In this document: in pieces, positions 19,717 through 29,731 of the stretch | How positions within the stretch are numbered: the stretch's first letter is position 1 | Layout: every line of letters begins with the position of its first letter | Source: Candidatus Dormiibacterota bacterium | GTDB taxonomy: Bacteria > Chloroflexota > Dormibacteria > Aeolococcales > Aeolococcaceae | Length of the DNA: 64,000 nucleotides | Assembly: GCA_963718525.1 (NCBI GenBank) | Contig: OY970355.1 | Coordinates: 1,472,001-1,536,000 of the forward strand | Reading direction: 5' to 3' | Notes under the pieces: model-generated | Told to the model about the DNA's origin: nothing | Seen by the model: only the letters and a program-made list of their open reading frames with translations | Database searches by the model: none | Made by a program: the position numbers and the translations under genes

Positions 19717-20420
19717 TGCCTGCCGCCGGATTCTGCCAGAGCCTGCTGCAACGCCGCCACGCCGCCCTTTGAACCGCCGGCGTGCCGGAACACCGCGGTC
19801 CCGGCGACGAGCACGTCCGCACCCGCGTCGACACAGGCCTTCGCATTGGTGGCGTCGACACCGCCGTCCACCTCGACTTCGGTATCCAGCCCCTGGCGTT
19901 CGACCTCACGCCGCACCTGCTCCACCTTGAGCAAGGTGCGCGGTATCAACGACTGTCCGCCAAATCCAGGGTCGATGGTCATGACGAGCGCAAGGTCACA
20001 CGCTTCGAGAATGTCGTCGAGCATCTGCGCGGGGGTGCTGGGATTGATCGCTGCGCCGGATCGGCAGTCGAGTGTGCGGATGGTCGACAGCGTGCGGTGC
20101 AGGTTGGGACACACCTCATAGTGCACGGTGATCGCATCCGCTCCGGCAGTGGCGAACGTGCTCAGATGCGCGTCGGGATTGACGATCATCAGGTGCAGCT
20201 CGAGCGGCAGCGAGGTCGCGCGCCGGAGCACGCGCACCGTCTCGACGCCGAAGGTGAAGTTGGGCACGAAGACGCCATCCATGACATCGACGTGGATGCG
20301 CTCGGCCCCGGTGTCCTCGAGGTCGTGCGCGGCGTTCGCGATATGTCCGAAGTCAGCGGCGAGCAGGCTCGGCGCGATCCGGACAGCATCTCGGCAGGGC
20401 TTCCAGGTCGATCGCGGCAT
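19713..20420 (-). CDS. rpe: Ribulose-phosphate 3-epimerase
   Basis: IAPSLLAADF, HVDVMDG, PGFGGQ, VDGG; start uncertain. Confidence 0.93.
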   Translation of the reverse strand: MPRSTWKPCRDAVRIAPSLLAADFGHIANAAHDLEDTGAERIHVDVMDGVFVPNFTFGVETVRVLRRATSLPLELHLMIVNPDAHLSTFATAGADAITVHYEVCPNLHRTLSTIRTLDCRSGAAINPSTPAQMLDDILEACDLALVMTIDPGFGGQSLIPRTLLKVEQVRREVERQGLDTEVEVDGGVDATNAKACVDAGADVLVAGTAVFRHAGGSKGGVAALQQALAESGGRQ

Positions 20421-20473
20421 CCCGCGGATTCTGGCAGACGCGGGTGAGCCGGCTACCGAAATTATCCGAGCCG

Positions 20474-21214
20474 TCACCCTGCCGCGGCAGCGGCGTCGAG
20501 GAACCAGGCGAGCGTGCCATCGATCGGGCGGACCCGTGACGCGGGAGCCTCGCCCCGGGCGGTGGCGACCAGCGCAGGGTGCTTGGACGCGCCCGTCACC
20601 ATGAACCCGACTGCTGCCGCGGCGTTGATCGCGGGGAAGGTGAGCGTCATCCGGTCATATGGTTCGTAGTCGGCGAGGCCGCGTGTCGCCCAGCGATCGA
20701 CCACGTTGAGGGCCGGGGTCCCGGGGAACAGTGACGCGGTATGGCCGTTCTCGCCGAGGCCGAGGAGGACCACATCGAGGCGCGGTGCACCGCCGGGTCC
20801 GGCCGGTAGCGAGCTTGCAAGCAGATCCGAGTATTCGGCCGCGGCCGCATCGAGATCGGGGCGTTCAGCCGGCATCCGGTGCACTCTGTCGGGGTCGATG
20901 GGAACACGGCTCAGCAGCGTGGTCTGCGCGAGATGGAAGTTGCTGCGGGGATCATCCGGTGGGCAGGCGCGCTCATCGGCGAAGTAGACGTTCCACCAGG
21001 TCCAGTCGATCCGTCCCCGCCAATCGCCCCCCACGAGGAGTTCGTTGAGGAGACGCGGCGTGCTGCCCCCTGAGAGGGCTATCGAGAAGCTGCCGTGGTC
21101 GGCGTGGGCGCGACGGCACTCGGCGGCGAGCCAGGTCGCAACCGCGTCGGCGACCTCCGGCGCCGTCTCACTGACGACGCGCTCGCCGGCCAGATCGTCG
21201 AGCGCACCCGCCAT
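20474..21214 (-). CDS. pgl: 6-phosphogluconolactonase
   Basis: ALSGGSTP, DER, GENGHTASLFP, RMTLT. Confidence 0.92.
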   Translation of the reverse strand: MAGALDDLAGERVVSETAPEVADAVATWLAAECRRAHADHGSFSIALSGGSTPRLLNELLVGGDWRGRIDWTWWNVYFADERACPPDDPRSNFHLAQTTLLSRVPIDPDRVHRMPAERPDLDAAAAEYSDLLASSLPAGPGGAPRLDVVLLGLGENGHTASLFPGTPALNVVDRWATRGLADYEPYDRMTLTFPAINAAAAVGFMVTGASKHPALVATARGEAPASRVRPIDGTLAWFLDAAAAAG

Positions 21215-21221
21215 GGCCACG

Positions 21222-22781
21222 TCAGGGGACGTGCCAGGCCCGTCCGTCGCGCGCCATGAACGCGTGCAACTCCTCGGGACCCCATGTGCCCGACGGGTAA
21301 TTCGGGGAATGGACGGCGTCGGGAGGATGCGCGCGCCAGCCGTCGAGAATGGCGGTGCAGAAGCGCCACGCCTCCTCGACCTCGTCCTCGCGCGCGAAGA
21401 GAGTCGGGTCACCGCGCATGCAGTCGAGCAGCAGGCGCTCGTACGCATCGGGAGATTGCTCGCGGAAGGCCGTGCCGTAGATGAAGTCCATGTTCACGGA
21501 CTCGATCCGGAGCGCCTGGCCGGGGATCTTCGCGCCGAAACGCAACGTGATCCCCTCGTCCGGCTGAATGCGCAGGATGAGCAGGTTCGGCTCGATGCCG
21601 TCCGTGGGCACCGCGCCCGATGCCAGCGGGACGCTGCCGGCGAACGGCGAATGGGGCACGCGACGGAACTGGATGACAATCTCCGTGGCTCGCTTCGCCA
21701 GGCGTTTGCCGGTGCGCAGGTAGAAGGGCGTTCCCGCCCAGCGCCAGTTGTCGATATCCACCTTGAGCGCGACAAAGGTCTCGCGAAGTGAGGTGGGCGA
21801 GACGCCTTTCTCCTCACGGTACCCGGTCACCGGCTCGCCGTTGATGAGTCCTGCTGAATACTGTCCGCGCACCGAGTGAGACAGCGCGTCGTCGGGATGG
21901 ATCGGCCGCACGGCTCGGAGCAGCTTGACCTTCTCGTCACGAACCATCTCAGCCTGAAAGTTCGACGGCGCCTCCATGCCGACGATTGCCACCAGCTGCA
22001 TGATGTGGTTCTGGACGATGTCGCGCAACGCACCGGCGCTCTCGTAGTACGCGCCTCGACCCTCCACGCCGATCTGCTCCGCCACGGTGATCTGGACGTG
22101 GTCGATGTACTGCCGGTTCCACAACGGCTCGAAGATCCCGTTGGCGAATCGGAAGACGAGCAGGTTCTGAACGGTCTCCTTGCCCAGGTAATGGTCGATG
22201 CGATAGATCTGCTCTTCGGTGAAGGCGGTATGGAGGCGCGCATTGAGCTCGCGCGCGCTGGCAAGGTCGCGCCCGAACGGCTTCTCGATGATGGTGCGCA
22301 CGAACGTGCCGGGAACCTGAGTGGTCAGACCGGCGGCGTTGAGCCCATCCGCGAGCGGCGTGACGGCGGTTGGTGGTGTGCTGAAGTAGAGCAGCCGGTT
22401 GCCTCGAGTGCCGCGTTCGGCGTCCGCCGCCTCGAGCGCGCGCTTGAGTGCGTCGAAACCATCCGGGGCTTCGAGCTCGTACGTCACGTACCAGAGTCCG
22501 GCGGCGAATTTCTCCCACACGTCGTTGCGAAGCTGCACGCGTCCGTACTGCTCCACGCCTTCGCGCATGTCGGCGCGGAACTCATCGTCGCTCAGGTGAC
22601 TGCGTGCGGCGCCGATGACCGTGAAACCGTCCGGCAGACTTCCTTCCGCCGCCAGCGCATACAGAGCGGGGACGAGCTTGCGTTTGGTGAGGTCGCCGCT
22701 GGCGCCGAAGATCACGACGCAGCACGGAACCGGTATCCGCGGTTCCTTGCGTCGCTCGTAGCGCGGGTGCTCCGCGATCAG
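21222..22781 (-). CDS. zwf: Glucose-6-phosphate 1-dehydrogenase (start uncertain: CTG 22781 or GTG 22715)
   Basis: IFGASGDL, EKPFG, RIDHYLGKE, RDIVQNH, YERLL. Confidence 0.95.
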   Translation of the reverse strand: MIAEHPRYERRKEPRIPVPCCVVIFGASGDLTKRKLVPALYALAAEGSLPDGFTVIGAARSHLSDDEFRADMREGVEQYGRVQLRNDVWEKFAAGLWYVTYELEAPDGFDALKRALEAADAERGTRGNRLLYFSTPPTAVTPLADGLNAAGLTTQVPGTFVRTIIEKPFGRDLASARELNARLHTAFTEEQIYRIDHYLGKETVQNLLVFRFANGIFEPLWNRQYIDHVQITVAEQIGVEGRGAYYESAGALRDIVQNHIMQLVAIVGMEAPSNFQAEMVRDEKVKLLRAVRPIHPDDALSHSVRGQYSAGLINGEPVTGYREEKGVSPTSLRETFVALKVDIDNWRWAGTPFYLRTGKRLAKRATEIVIQFRRVPHSPFAGSVPLASGAVPTDGIEPNLLILRIQPDEGITLRFGAKIPGQALRIESVNMDFIYGTAFREQSPDAYERLLLDCMRGDPTLFAREDEVEEAWRFCTAILDGWRAHPPDAVHSPNYPSGTWGPEELHAFMARDGRAWHVP

Positions 22782-23710
22782 TGTGATGCCGCGGTCCCCG
22801 CAGGCAACTCGGCCTTCACCGGGTGGCCGCCGAATTCGTTGCGGAGCGCGGCGATCACCTTGTTGCCGAAGCCGTCAGTCAGGCGCGACTGGAACCGCAT
22901 GAACAGCGACATCGCCAGCACCGGAGCGGGCACTGAGAGCTGCATCGCCTCCTCGACGGTCCAGCGTCCCTCGCCGGAGTCGTCGACCCACCCGCGCAGC
23001 TGGCTCAGCTGCGGATCGCGGGCGAACGCACGCTCAGCGAGTTCGAGCAGCCAGGAGCGCACCACGCTCCCCTGGTTCCACAGGTGCGCGATCGCGTGGA
23101 GATCGAGTTCGCCGAAGTCCTGCTTCGCCTGCATGATCGCGAACCCCTCGGCATACGCCTGGAGCATCCCGTACTCGATGCCGTTGTGCACCATCTTGAT
23201 GAAGTGCCCAGACCCGGATGGCCCGACATGCAGGAAGCCGTCTGGGGGCGCGAGGGTTGTGAAGATCGGGCGCCAGTGGTCGATGGTTGCCTTGTCACCG
23301 CCGGCCATGAGGCAGTACCCAACCTCCAGGCCCCAGATCCCGCCGCTGGTTCCTGCGTCGATGAAGTTGATGCCGCGTTCGACGCTGCTCGCAGCTCGCG
23401 CGATCGAGTCGTGGTAGTTGCTGTTGCCGCCGTCGATGATCGTGTCACCCTTCTCGAGCAGCGATTGCAGCGCAGCCACCGTGTCGTCCGTCACCTTTCC
23501 CGACGGGACCATGATCCAGACGCCGCGTGGTTTGTCGAGCGCAGCGATGAGTTCGTCGATGCTACCGGTCGTGGTGGCGCCGAATGCCTCGACGGTCGCG
23601 CGTGCCTCCGGGTTGGGATCGTACGCGACGACCGCGTGATCACCGTCGCGACGCAGCCGGTGCACCATGTTGCTGCCCATCCTGCCGAGCCCGACGAAAC
23701 CGATCTGCAT
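22778..23710 (-). CDS. gnd: 6-phosphogluconate dehydrogenase, decarboxylating (short type)
   Basis: MQIGFVGLGRMG, DGGNS, KMVHNGIEY, DSGEGRW, RNEFGGH. Confidence 0.94.
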   Translation of the reverse strand: MQIGFVGLGRMGSNMVHRLRRDGDHAVVAYDPNPEARATVEAFGATTTGSIDELIAALDKPRGVWIMVPSGKVTDDTVAALQSLLEKGDTIIDGGNSNYHDSIARAASSVERGINFIDAGTSGGIWGLEVGYCLMAGGDKATIDHWRPIFTTLAPPDGFLHVGPSGSGHFIKMVHNGIEYGMLQAYAEGFAIMQAKQDFGELDLHAIAHLWNQGSVVRSWLLELAERAFARDPQLSQLRGWVDDSGEGRWTVEEAMQLSVPAPVLAMSLFMRFQSRLTDGFGNKVIAALRNEFGGHPVKAELPAGTAASH

Positions 23711-23738
23711 GGTGATGAGTCCTTGTGTGTGGCGGCGC

Positions 23739-26552
23739 TCAGCGCCCCGCCGTGGTTGCGGCGACCGCATCGGTGAGGCTGGCGAGCCCCGCATCGAGGT
23801 CGCCGGCGATGTGGACGCGGACGACACGCCGGCCGTGGGAGCGCAGGGATTGGAGGTCACCGGCGGCCTGCGCTCGCTTGAGTATCGAGAACGTGAACGG
23901 TTGTCCTGGAATGGGGACGTCGGTGCCGTCGTCGGCGGTGATCTGGATGTAGACGCCCGTGTTCGGGCCGCCCTTATGGAGCTGCCCGGTGCTGTGAAGG
24001 AAGCGCGGGCCGAAGCCGAGTGTGGTCGCGAGCCGGCGTGTGTCGCGTATGGCGACACGCAGATGCTGCAGCGCAGCCGCATTCGAATCGTCAGGCGTGA
24101 CGTATGCCATCAGCGCCACGTAATCGCCTTGACGGGCGGTGTCGAGATGGGCAGCGAGCGCGCTCGCTGCGCTGGAACCGGAGACGTCGCCGTACACCCG
24201 CAGTGCTCCATCGGTCACCGCTGCCGGCTCGTCCGGGAGCGACCCGGTCTGCTGATATTGCTGCAGCACCGCTTTGGTGTTGTCCTTCGACTCCTGCACG
24301 TTCGGTTCGTCAAATGGATCGATGCCGAGGTGCGCGCCCGCGACAGCAGTCGCGAACTCCCAGCGGAAGAATTCGGCGCCGAGGTCGTACTCGTCGGCGA
24401 GGTCGAAGACGATGACCGGATGTCCTGCCTCTCGCAGCGCATCGATGGAGTGATCGAATCCAGCGTTATCACCGAGCCGAAGTGCGACAAAGAGCCGGTC
24501 GCCGGCGTAGACCGCCGGGCTCCCGATGGGCTCGTCGCCGATCGGGATGACGCCCTTGCCCTCCTTGCCGGTGCTCTCGGCGATGAGCTGCTCTGCCCAG
24601 AGCGAGAAGGCCTCGATCTCCTTTGGCGCCAGGATGGTCACCTTGTCGCGGCCCTCGTCGTGGAGCACGCCCATCACGGTTCCGAGGCTGAGCCCGCAAT
24701 TGAGGTCGCCGGGGACGCCGGCCGTGCAATTCCGCCGCATCTGCGCGGCACGCTCGAGCAGCAGGTCGCAATCGATGCCGATGATCGCGGCGGGCACGAG
24801 ACCGAACATGCTCAACGCGGAATAACGGCCGCCGATGTCGGGGGGATTCTTGAACAGGTGCAGGAATCCCCGGTCGCGCGCGATGGTCGCGAGCGGCGTG
24901 CCCGGGTCGGTGACCGCGATGAAGTGTGCGCCGGGATTGTCGCTGACGCCGGACGTCAGCTCCCAGAAGTGCGCCAGGTGTGAAAGCGTCTCCAGCGTCG
25001 TACCCGATTTGCTGGACACGATGTACCCCGTTGCCCTGGGATCGATGGCGCCGGTGAGCCGGGCGATTGCGAGTGGATCGGTCGTGTCCAGCACGTGGAG
25101 CACCGGTTGTCCCTCCGCACTGCCGAACGAGGTGCCCAGCACCTCCGGACAGAGGCTGGAACCGCCCATCCCGAGCAGGACGCAGTCGCGCCATCCCGCT
25201 TCGCGCACCTCGGCGGCGAGCGACCGCAGTGCGGGCAACCGCTCCTGCATCGCGCCGATCACATCGAGCCAGCCCAGCCGGTTGTTGATCACCGCCGCAT
25301 GGGCGGCGTCTCCCGGCTTCCAGAGATTTGGGTCGCGGCGCCAGATGCGGGTGGCGATCTCGCTGGCCTGGGGCGTGTTGAGCGGAATGTCGGTCGCGCC
25401 GGTATCGATGCGTTGGCGACGTGCGTACCCCGAGCCCATGGCGTCGATCTTCTCCGCGATGCCGCGGATCAGCTCGCTGTAGGAGTCGGCGAATTGCTTG
25501 ACACCGTCATCGAGCAGCTGCTGCGTCACCGCGTCCATGTCGATGCCGACCTCGGCAAGCTGTTCCATCACCCGGTGAGCGCCCGCAAGGTCGGACTTCA
25601 CGGTGTCGCCGGCCACGACGCCGTGATCGAGGAACGCCTCGATGGTCGCGGGCGGCATCGTATCCACGGTGTCCGGACCGATCAGCGTCTCGGCGTAGAC
25701 AACGTCGCGGTAGTTGGGGTTCTTGGCACTGGTGCTCGCCCACAACGGGCGCTGCACATGCGCACCCGCGGCACGCAGCCGCTGAAAGCGCTCCTCACCG
25801 AAGCGCTTCTCGAAAAGCTCGTACGCGAGCCGCGCGTTGGCGATCGCCGCCTTGCCGAGCAACCCCTCGATGAGCGCATTGCCGGGATCCGCGGCGAGCT
25901 TTTCCTGGAGCAGCCTGTCCACCAGCGTGTCGACGCGGCTCACGAAGAACGACGCCACCGAATGAACGTCGAGCGACTGACCTGCGCTGTGGCGTGCCTC
26001 GAGCGCAGCGATGTACTGCTCGATCACGCGGTCATGCATGGCGATCGCGAAGATGAGCGTGACGTTGACGTTGCGCCCATCGGCGATGGTGCGATTGATC
26101 GCCGGCATTCCCTCGAGCGTGGCAGGGATCTTGATCATCAGGTTGGGGCGGTCAACCCGCTCCCAGAGGGTCCGTGCCGTTGCGATGGTTGCGTCGGTGT
26201 CGTGCGCAAGGCTCGGGGGCACCTCCAGGCTGACGAATCCGTCCGCGCCTGACGTGCGTTCGTGGACCGGTCGGAGCGTGTCCGCGGCGTGCTGGATGTC
26301 GGCGATCGCGAGCTCGGTGAACACGTCCTGGGGGTCGTCGATCCCGGACGAGATCAACTCGCGGATCTGATCGTCATAGAGCGACCCTTCCGCGATCGCC
26401 TTCTGGAAGATGGTGGGATTGCTGGTCAGCCCGGTAACGTTCTCTTCGGCGATGCGGTGCTCCAGCTGACCGGTGGTGACCAGCTCGCGGCTGATGAAGT
26501 CGAGCCAGACCGACTGGCCGCGTTCGGCGAGCTGCTGGAGTGGGTTCGTCAT
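23739..26552 (-). CDS. Bifunctional transaldolase / glucose-6-phosphate isomerase
   Basis: N-terminal TSNPTIF, KIPAT, SFFVSR, LWASTS; C-terminal GMGGSSL, SKSGTT, GGRYS, EQLIAESTGK, HSTGQLHKGG. Confidence 0.93.
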   Translation of the reverse strand: MTNPLQQLAERGQSVWLDFISRELVTTGQLEHRIAEENVTGLTSNPTIFQKAIAEGSLYDDQIRELISSGIDDPQDVFTELAIADIQHAADTLRPVHERTSGADGFVSLEVPPSLAHDTDATIATARTLWERVDRPNLMIKIPATLEGMPAINRTIADGRNVNVTLIFAIAMHDRVIEQYIAALEARHSAGQSLDVHSVASFFVSRVDTLVDRLLQEKLAADPGNALIEGLLGKAAIANARLAYELFEKRFGEERFQRLRAAGAHVQRPLWASTSAKNPNYRDVVYAETLIGPDTVDTMPPATIEAFLDHGVVAGDTVKSDLAGAHRVMEQLAEVGIDMDAVTQQLLDDGVKQFADSYSELIRGIAEKIDAMGSGYARRQRIDTGATDIPLNTPQASEIATRIWRRDPNLWKPGDAAHAAVINNRLGWLDVIGAMQERLPALRSLAAEVREAGWRDCVLLGMGGSSLCPEVLGTSFGSAEGQPVLHVLDTTDPLAIARLTGAIDPRATGYIVSSKSGTTLETLSHLAHFWELTSGVSDNPGAHFIAVTDPGTPLATIARDRGFLHLFKNPPDIGGRYSALSMFGLVPAAIIGIDCDLLLERAAQMRRNCTAGVPGDLNCGLSLGTVMGVLHDEGRDKVTILAPKEIEAFSLWAEQLIAESTGKEGKGVIPIGDEPIGSPAVYAGDRLFVALRLGDNAGFDHSIDALREAGHPVIVFDLADEYDLGAEFFRWEFATAVAGAHLGIDPFDEPNVQESKDNTKAVLQQYQQTGSLPDEPAAVTDGALRVYGDVSGSSAASALAAHLDTARQGDYVALMAYVTPDDSNAAALQHLRVAIRDTRRLATTLGFGPRFLHSTGQLHKGGPNTGVYIQITADDGTDVPIPGQPFTFSILKRAQAAGDLQSLRSHGRRVVRVHIAGDLDAGLASLTDAVAATTAGR

Positions 26553-28445
26553 TCAGCCGGCCTCCGTGGGAGCACCGACGAGCGCGTTCACCGCCGCGAC
26601 GATCGCGTCGGCATCGATCCCTGCGGCGGCCATCAGTTCGTTGGGGCTGGCGGAGCCGGGAAGGCTGCGTACCGCCAGATGGGTGATGCGGGGCGGGGAC
26701 TCCTCAAGCGCGAGCGCCTCCATCACCGCCGCACCGAGCCCCCCTTGCGGGTAGTGGTCCTCGACCACGACCAGGCGCCCGCCGGTCGCGTCGCTGGCCT
26801 GTCGCAACGTCGCGGTGTCGATCGGCTTCACCGAGTACAGGTCGATGACGCGGCAGTGGGTGCCGGTGCTGGCCAGGCGGTCGGCTGCCGCGAGGCATGC
26901 GTGCAGCGTCACGCCGCCACCGACGAGCGTCACCACGTCGTCGCCAGACTGGCGGAGGACCTTGGCGCCGCCGATCGGAAATTCCTCATCGTTGTCGTAG
27001 ATCACCGGGTATGCCCCACGCGTCGTGCGGAGGTAGCTGATGCCGTGGAGATCGGCCATTTGAGCGACGAGCTTTGCCGTCGACACGGCGTCGCTGGGAT
27101 AGAGGACTGTCGAGGTGTGCACCGCACGCAGCGACGCGATGTCCTCGAGCGCCATCTGCGATGGACCATCGGCGCCGATCTCGCAGCCGGCGTGCGAGCC
27201 GGAGAGACGGATGCTCACCTCCGAAACGCCTGCCATGCGTATGAAGTCGTACGCGCGCGAGAGGAACGCTGCGAAGGTGGATGCGAACGGAACGTACCCG
27301 CGCACCGAAAGACCCACCGCGCTCGCGACCATCTGCTGCTCGGCGATGTACATCTCGAAGAAGCGGTCCGGATACGCGTCCCGGAACTCCTCGGAATGCG
27401 TCGAGTTGCTCACCTCGCCGTCGAGAGCCACGATGTCGTGGCGGGCACCGAGCGCGCGCAGGGTGTCGCCATACGCCTTGCGGGTTGCGACCTTGTCGCC
27501 CAGCTCGTACGTTGGCAGCAGCACGGGCCTGTCGACAGCAGTCGACGACGCGGACTCGAGTGGCTCCGGTGGCTGGACGTCGATGAGCAGATTTCGCTCG
27601 CCGCCCAGTTCGGCGATCGCCCGCTCGGCCAGATCGGGGGGCAGCGCCTTGCCGTGCCAGCCGTCCTTGTTCTCGATTTCCTTGAAGCCCTTGCCCTTGA
27701 TCGTCCGGGCGATCACCACAGTCGGGCGGTCCCCGCCCGAGCGCGCGGATGCCAGGGCTTCATCGATTTCCGCGAGGTCATGGCCGTCGATCACGATGGG
27801 TCGGCAACCGAACGCTTCAGCGCGACGGCGGTAGACGTCGAGGTTCCACTCGTACTCGGTCGGTCCGCGCTGGCCGAGCCGGTTCACGTCGAAGATCGCC
27901 GTGAGGTTGGAGAGGCCGTAGTAGGCGGCTTTGTCGAGCGCCTCCCAGATGGATCCTTCAGCGAGCTCGCTGTCGCCGCAGAGCACCCACACATGGAAGG
28001 GAAGGCGGTCGAGATACTTGCCGGCGAGGGCAACCCCGACGGCCACCGCCAGTCCCTGGCCGAGCGAGCCCGTGGCAACGTCCACCCAGGGGATGATCGG
28101 CGTCGGGTGGCCCTGGAGCCTCGAGCCGAAGGTCCGGTAGGTGAGCAGCTCCTCGTCGGTGATGGCGCCCACCGCCTTGTACATGCCGTAGAGGAGGGGA
28201 GAGGCGTGGCCCTTGGAGAAGATGAGGTGGTCGTTGTTGGCCAGTTCCGGGCGCGCAAAGTCGTAGCGGAGATGGCGAGCGGCGAGCACGGCGATGATGT
28301 CGGCGGCCGACATGCTCGACGTCGGATGTCCCGATCCCGCCTTGGTGCTCGCCCGGATCCCGTCGACGCGGATCTGCTGCGCGACCTCGCCCACGAAATC
28401 CAGCGCCGGACGCGCTCCTGTCTCGGCGTTCTCGATCACTGCCAT
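26553..28445 (-). CDS. tkt: Transketolase
   Basis: SGHPTSS, SKGHA, TGSLGQG, GDSE, IAEQ, DGPSQ; GGAGG RBS before ATG 28445. Confidence 0.94.
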   Translation of the reverse strand: MAVIENAETGARPALDFVGEVAQQIRVDGIRASTKAGSGHPTSSMSAADIIAVLAARHLRYDFARPELANNDHLIFSKGHASPLLYGMYKAVGAITDEELLTYRTFGSRLQGHPTPIIPWVDVATGSLGQGLAVAVGVALAGKYLDRLPFHVWVLCGDSELAEGSIWEALDKAAYYGLSNLTAIFDVNRLGQRGPTEYEWNLDVYRRRAEAFGCRPIVIDGHDLAEIDEALASARSGGDRPTVVIARTIKGKGFKEIENKDGWHGKALPPDLAERAIAELGGERNLLIDVQPPEPLESASSTAVDRPVLLPTYELGDKVATRKAYGDTLRALGARHDIVALDGEVSNSTHSEEFRDAYPDRFFEMYIAEQQMVASAVGLSVRGYVPFASTFAAFLSRAYDFIRMAGVSEVSIRLSGSHAGCEIGADGPSQMALEDIASLRAVHTSTVLYPSDAVSTAKLVAQMADLHGISYLRTTRGAYPVIYDNDEEFPIGGAKVLRQSGDDVVTLVGGGVTLHACLAAADRLASTGTHCRVIDLYSVKPIDTATLRQASDATGGRLVVVEDHYPQGGLGAAVMEALALEESPPRITHLAVRSLPGSASPNELMAAAGIDADAIVAAVNALVGAPTEAG

Positions 28446-28554
28446 TGGATCCACCTCCGATGAGCCTCTGAGCTTGAATCATGCCGCGACTGCCCCAAGC
28501 CGCGCGGCGCGGTATTGGTTAAGGTCGCATGGGGTACAGTCACGGCTCTGGCGC

Positions 28555-28632
<78 letters not shown>

Positions 28633-28638
28633 GCCCTC

Positions 28639-28680
28639 CTCCCGCCAGATCGGGAGCACCGTATAACCCTTCTTGAAGGG
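28639..28680 (+). terminator. Two hairpins directly after the tRNA, possible terminator or processing signal
   Basis: CTCCCG-ccagat-CGGGAG (28639-28656) and CCCTTC-tt-GAAGGG (28667-28680); no clear U-tract. Confidence 0.35.
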
Positions 28681-28683
28681 CAC

Positions 28684-28712
28684 TTGCAAAATGGTTTAGG
28701 GTGCGTTAAACT
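28684..28712 (+). promoter_or_regulatory. Sigma70-type promoter for the integrase
   Basis: TTGCAA-17 nt-TAAACT in an AT-rich patch upstream of int. Confidence 0.55.
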
Positions 28713-28787
28713 TGCAGGGGTTAACCGGTAGATAACACCGACATCCGTCGGAAAGCCGGTGCAAGCCTATAAAAGGGTCTAACCGCT

Positions 28788-29729
28788 GTGGCTGATCTCA
28801 CCCTCGTCCGGCCGGCGGCATCGGATGCCCTGCACCGCCTGGCCGATGACTTCCTCGCCGACAAGCGCGCCAACGGCAAGGCGGCGAAGACCACCGAGAT
28901 GTACCAGTGGTCGCTGGATCGCATCTTCCTGCCCTGGTGCGCCGAAGCCGGGATCACCGAGCCGTCCCAGCTCACCGATCGCGCCCTGGTCCGGTTCGTG
29001 AGCAGCCTGCGCGAGCACGGTGGTCCGAGCGGAGCACCGCTGAGCGACGCCTCCGTCAACTCCTACTCGCGCTCGGTGCGCGCCTTCCTGCACTGGGCGG
29101 AGAAGGAACTCGGCGAGCGCGTCAAGGTGCCGATGAAGAAGCTGCCCCGGCAACTCCTCGAGGTGCTGTCCACCGAGGAGATCCAGCGCATGGAGGACGT
29201 CGCCCGGTCGGAGCGCGACGAACTCCTGGTCCGCACGTTGGCCGACACCGGCATCCGCCTCGGCGAGCTCCTCGGCCTGCGCGCAAAGGATCTGGTGGAG
29301 ACCGACCGAGGCCGCTATCAGCTCCGGGTCGATGGCAAGACCGGCCAGCGCTTGGTCCCATGCACCCCGGCGCTCGCCCGCCGTCTCCGCCGCCACCTCA
29401 GCCGCAGGCATGCCGAGAAGGGCGACAGGATGTTTGTGGGCACCCGACGCAGCGCGCGTACCGGCGAGTACGAACCGCTCACCGCGAACGGCGCCGAGCA
29501 GGCAATCCGTCATCTTGGCAAGGAGGCCGGCATCGGCCGGCGCGTGTACCCGCATTTGTTCCGGCACTCCTACGCGACTCTGATGCTGCGCCGGGGCATG
29601 TCCACGATCCAGTTGCAGTCGATCCTCGGGCATAGCTCGATCACGATGATCGCCCAGGTCTACAGCCACCTCAACACCGACGACGCGTACGACGCCGCGA
29701 TGAAGGCGCTCCTCGGCGGGGACGAGTAG
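28788..29729 (+). CDS. Tyrosine recombinase / integrase
   Basis: TGIRLGEL (R), GKT (K), HLFRH (HxxR), LGH, catalytic Tyr in QVYSH; adjacent to attL. Confidence 0.95.
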   Translation: MADLTLVRPAASDALHRLADDFLADKRANGKAAKTTEMYQWSLDRIFLPWCAEAGITEPSQLTDRALVRFVSSLREHGGPSGAPLSDASVNSYSRSVRAFLHWAEKELGERVKVPMKKLPRQLLEVLSTEEIQRMEDVARSERDELLVRTLADTGIRLGELLGLRAKDLVETDRGRYQLRVDGKTGQRLVPCTPALARRLRRHLSRRHAEKGDRMFVGTRRSARTGEYEPLTANGAEQAIRHLGKEAGIGRRVYPHLFRHSYATLMLRRGMSTIQLQSILGHSSITMIAQVYSHLNTDDAYDAAMKALLGGDE

Positions 29730-29731
29730 CG

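Noticed and set aside
10411-28463. Long opposite-strand ORFs (10411-12315, 17761-19632, 21876-23417, 26262-28463, and similarly 47341-49614, 52786-54423)
   Set aside because: Typical high-GC antisense shadows of well-supported genes; no motifs of their own.
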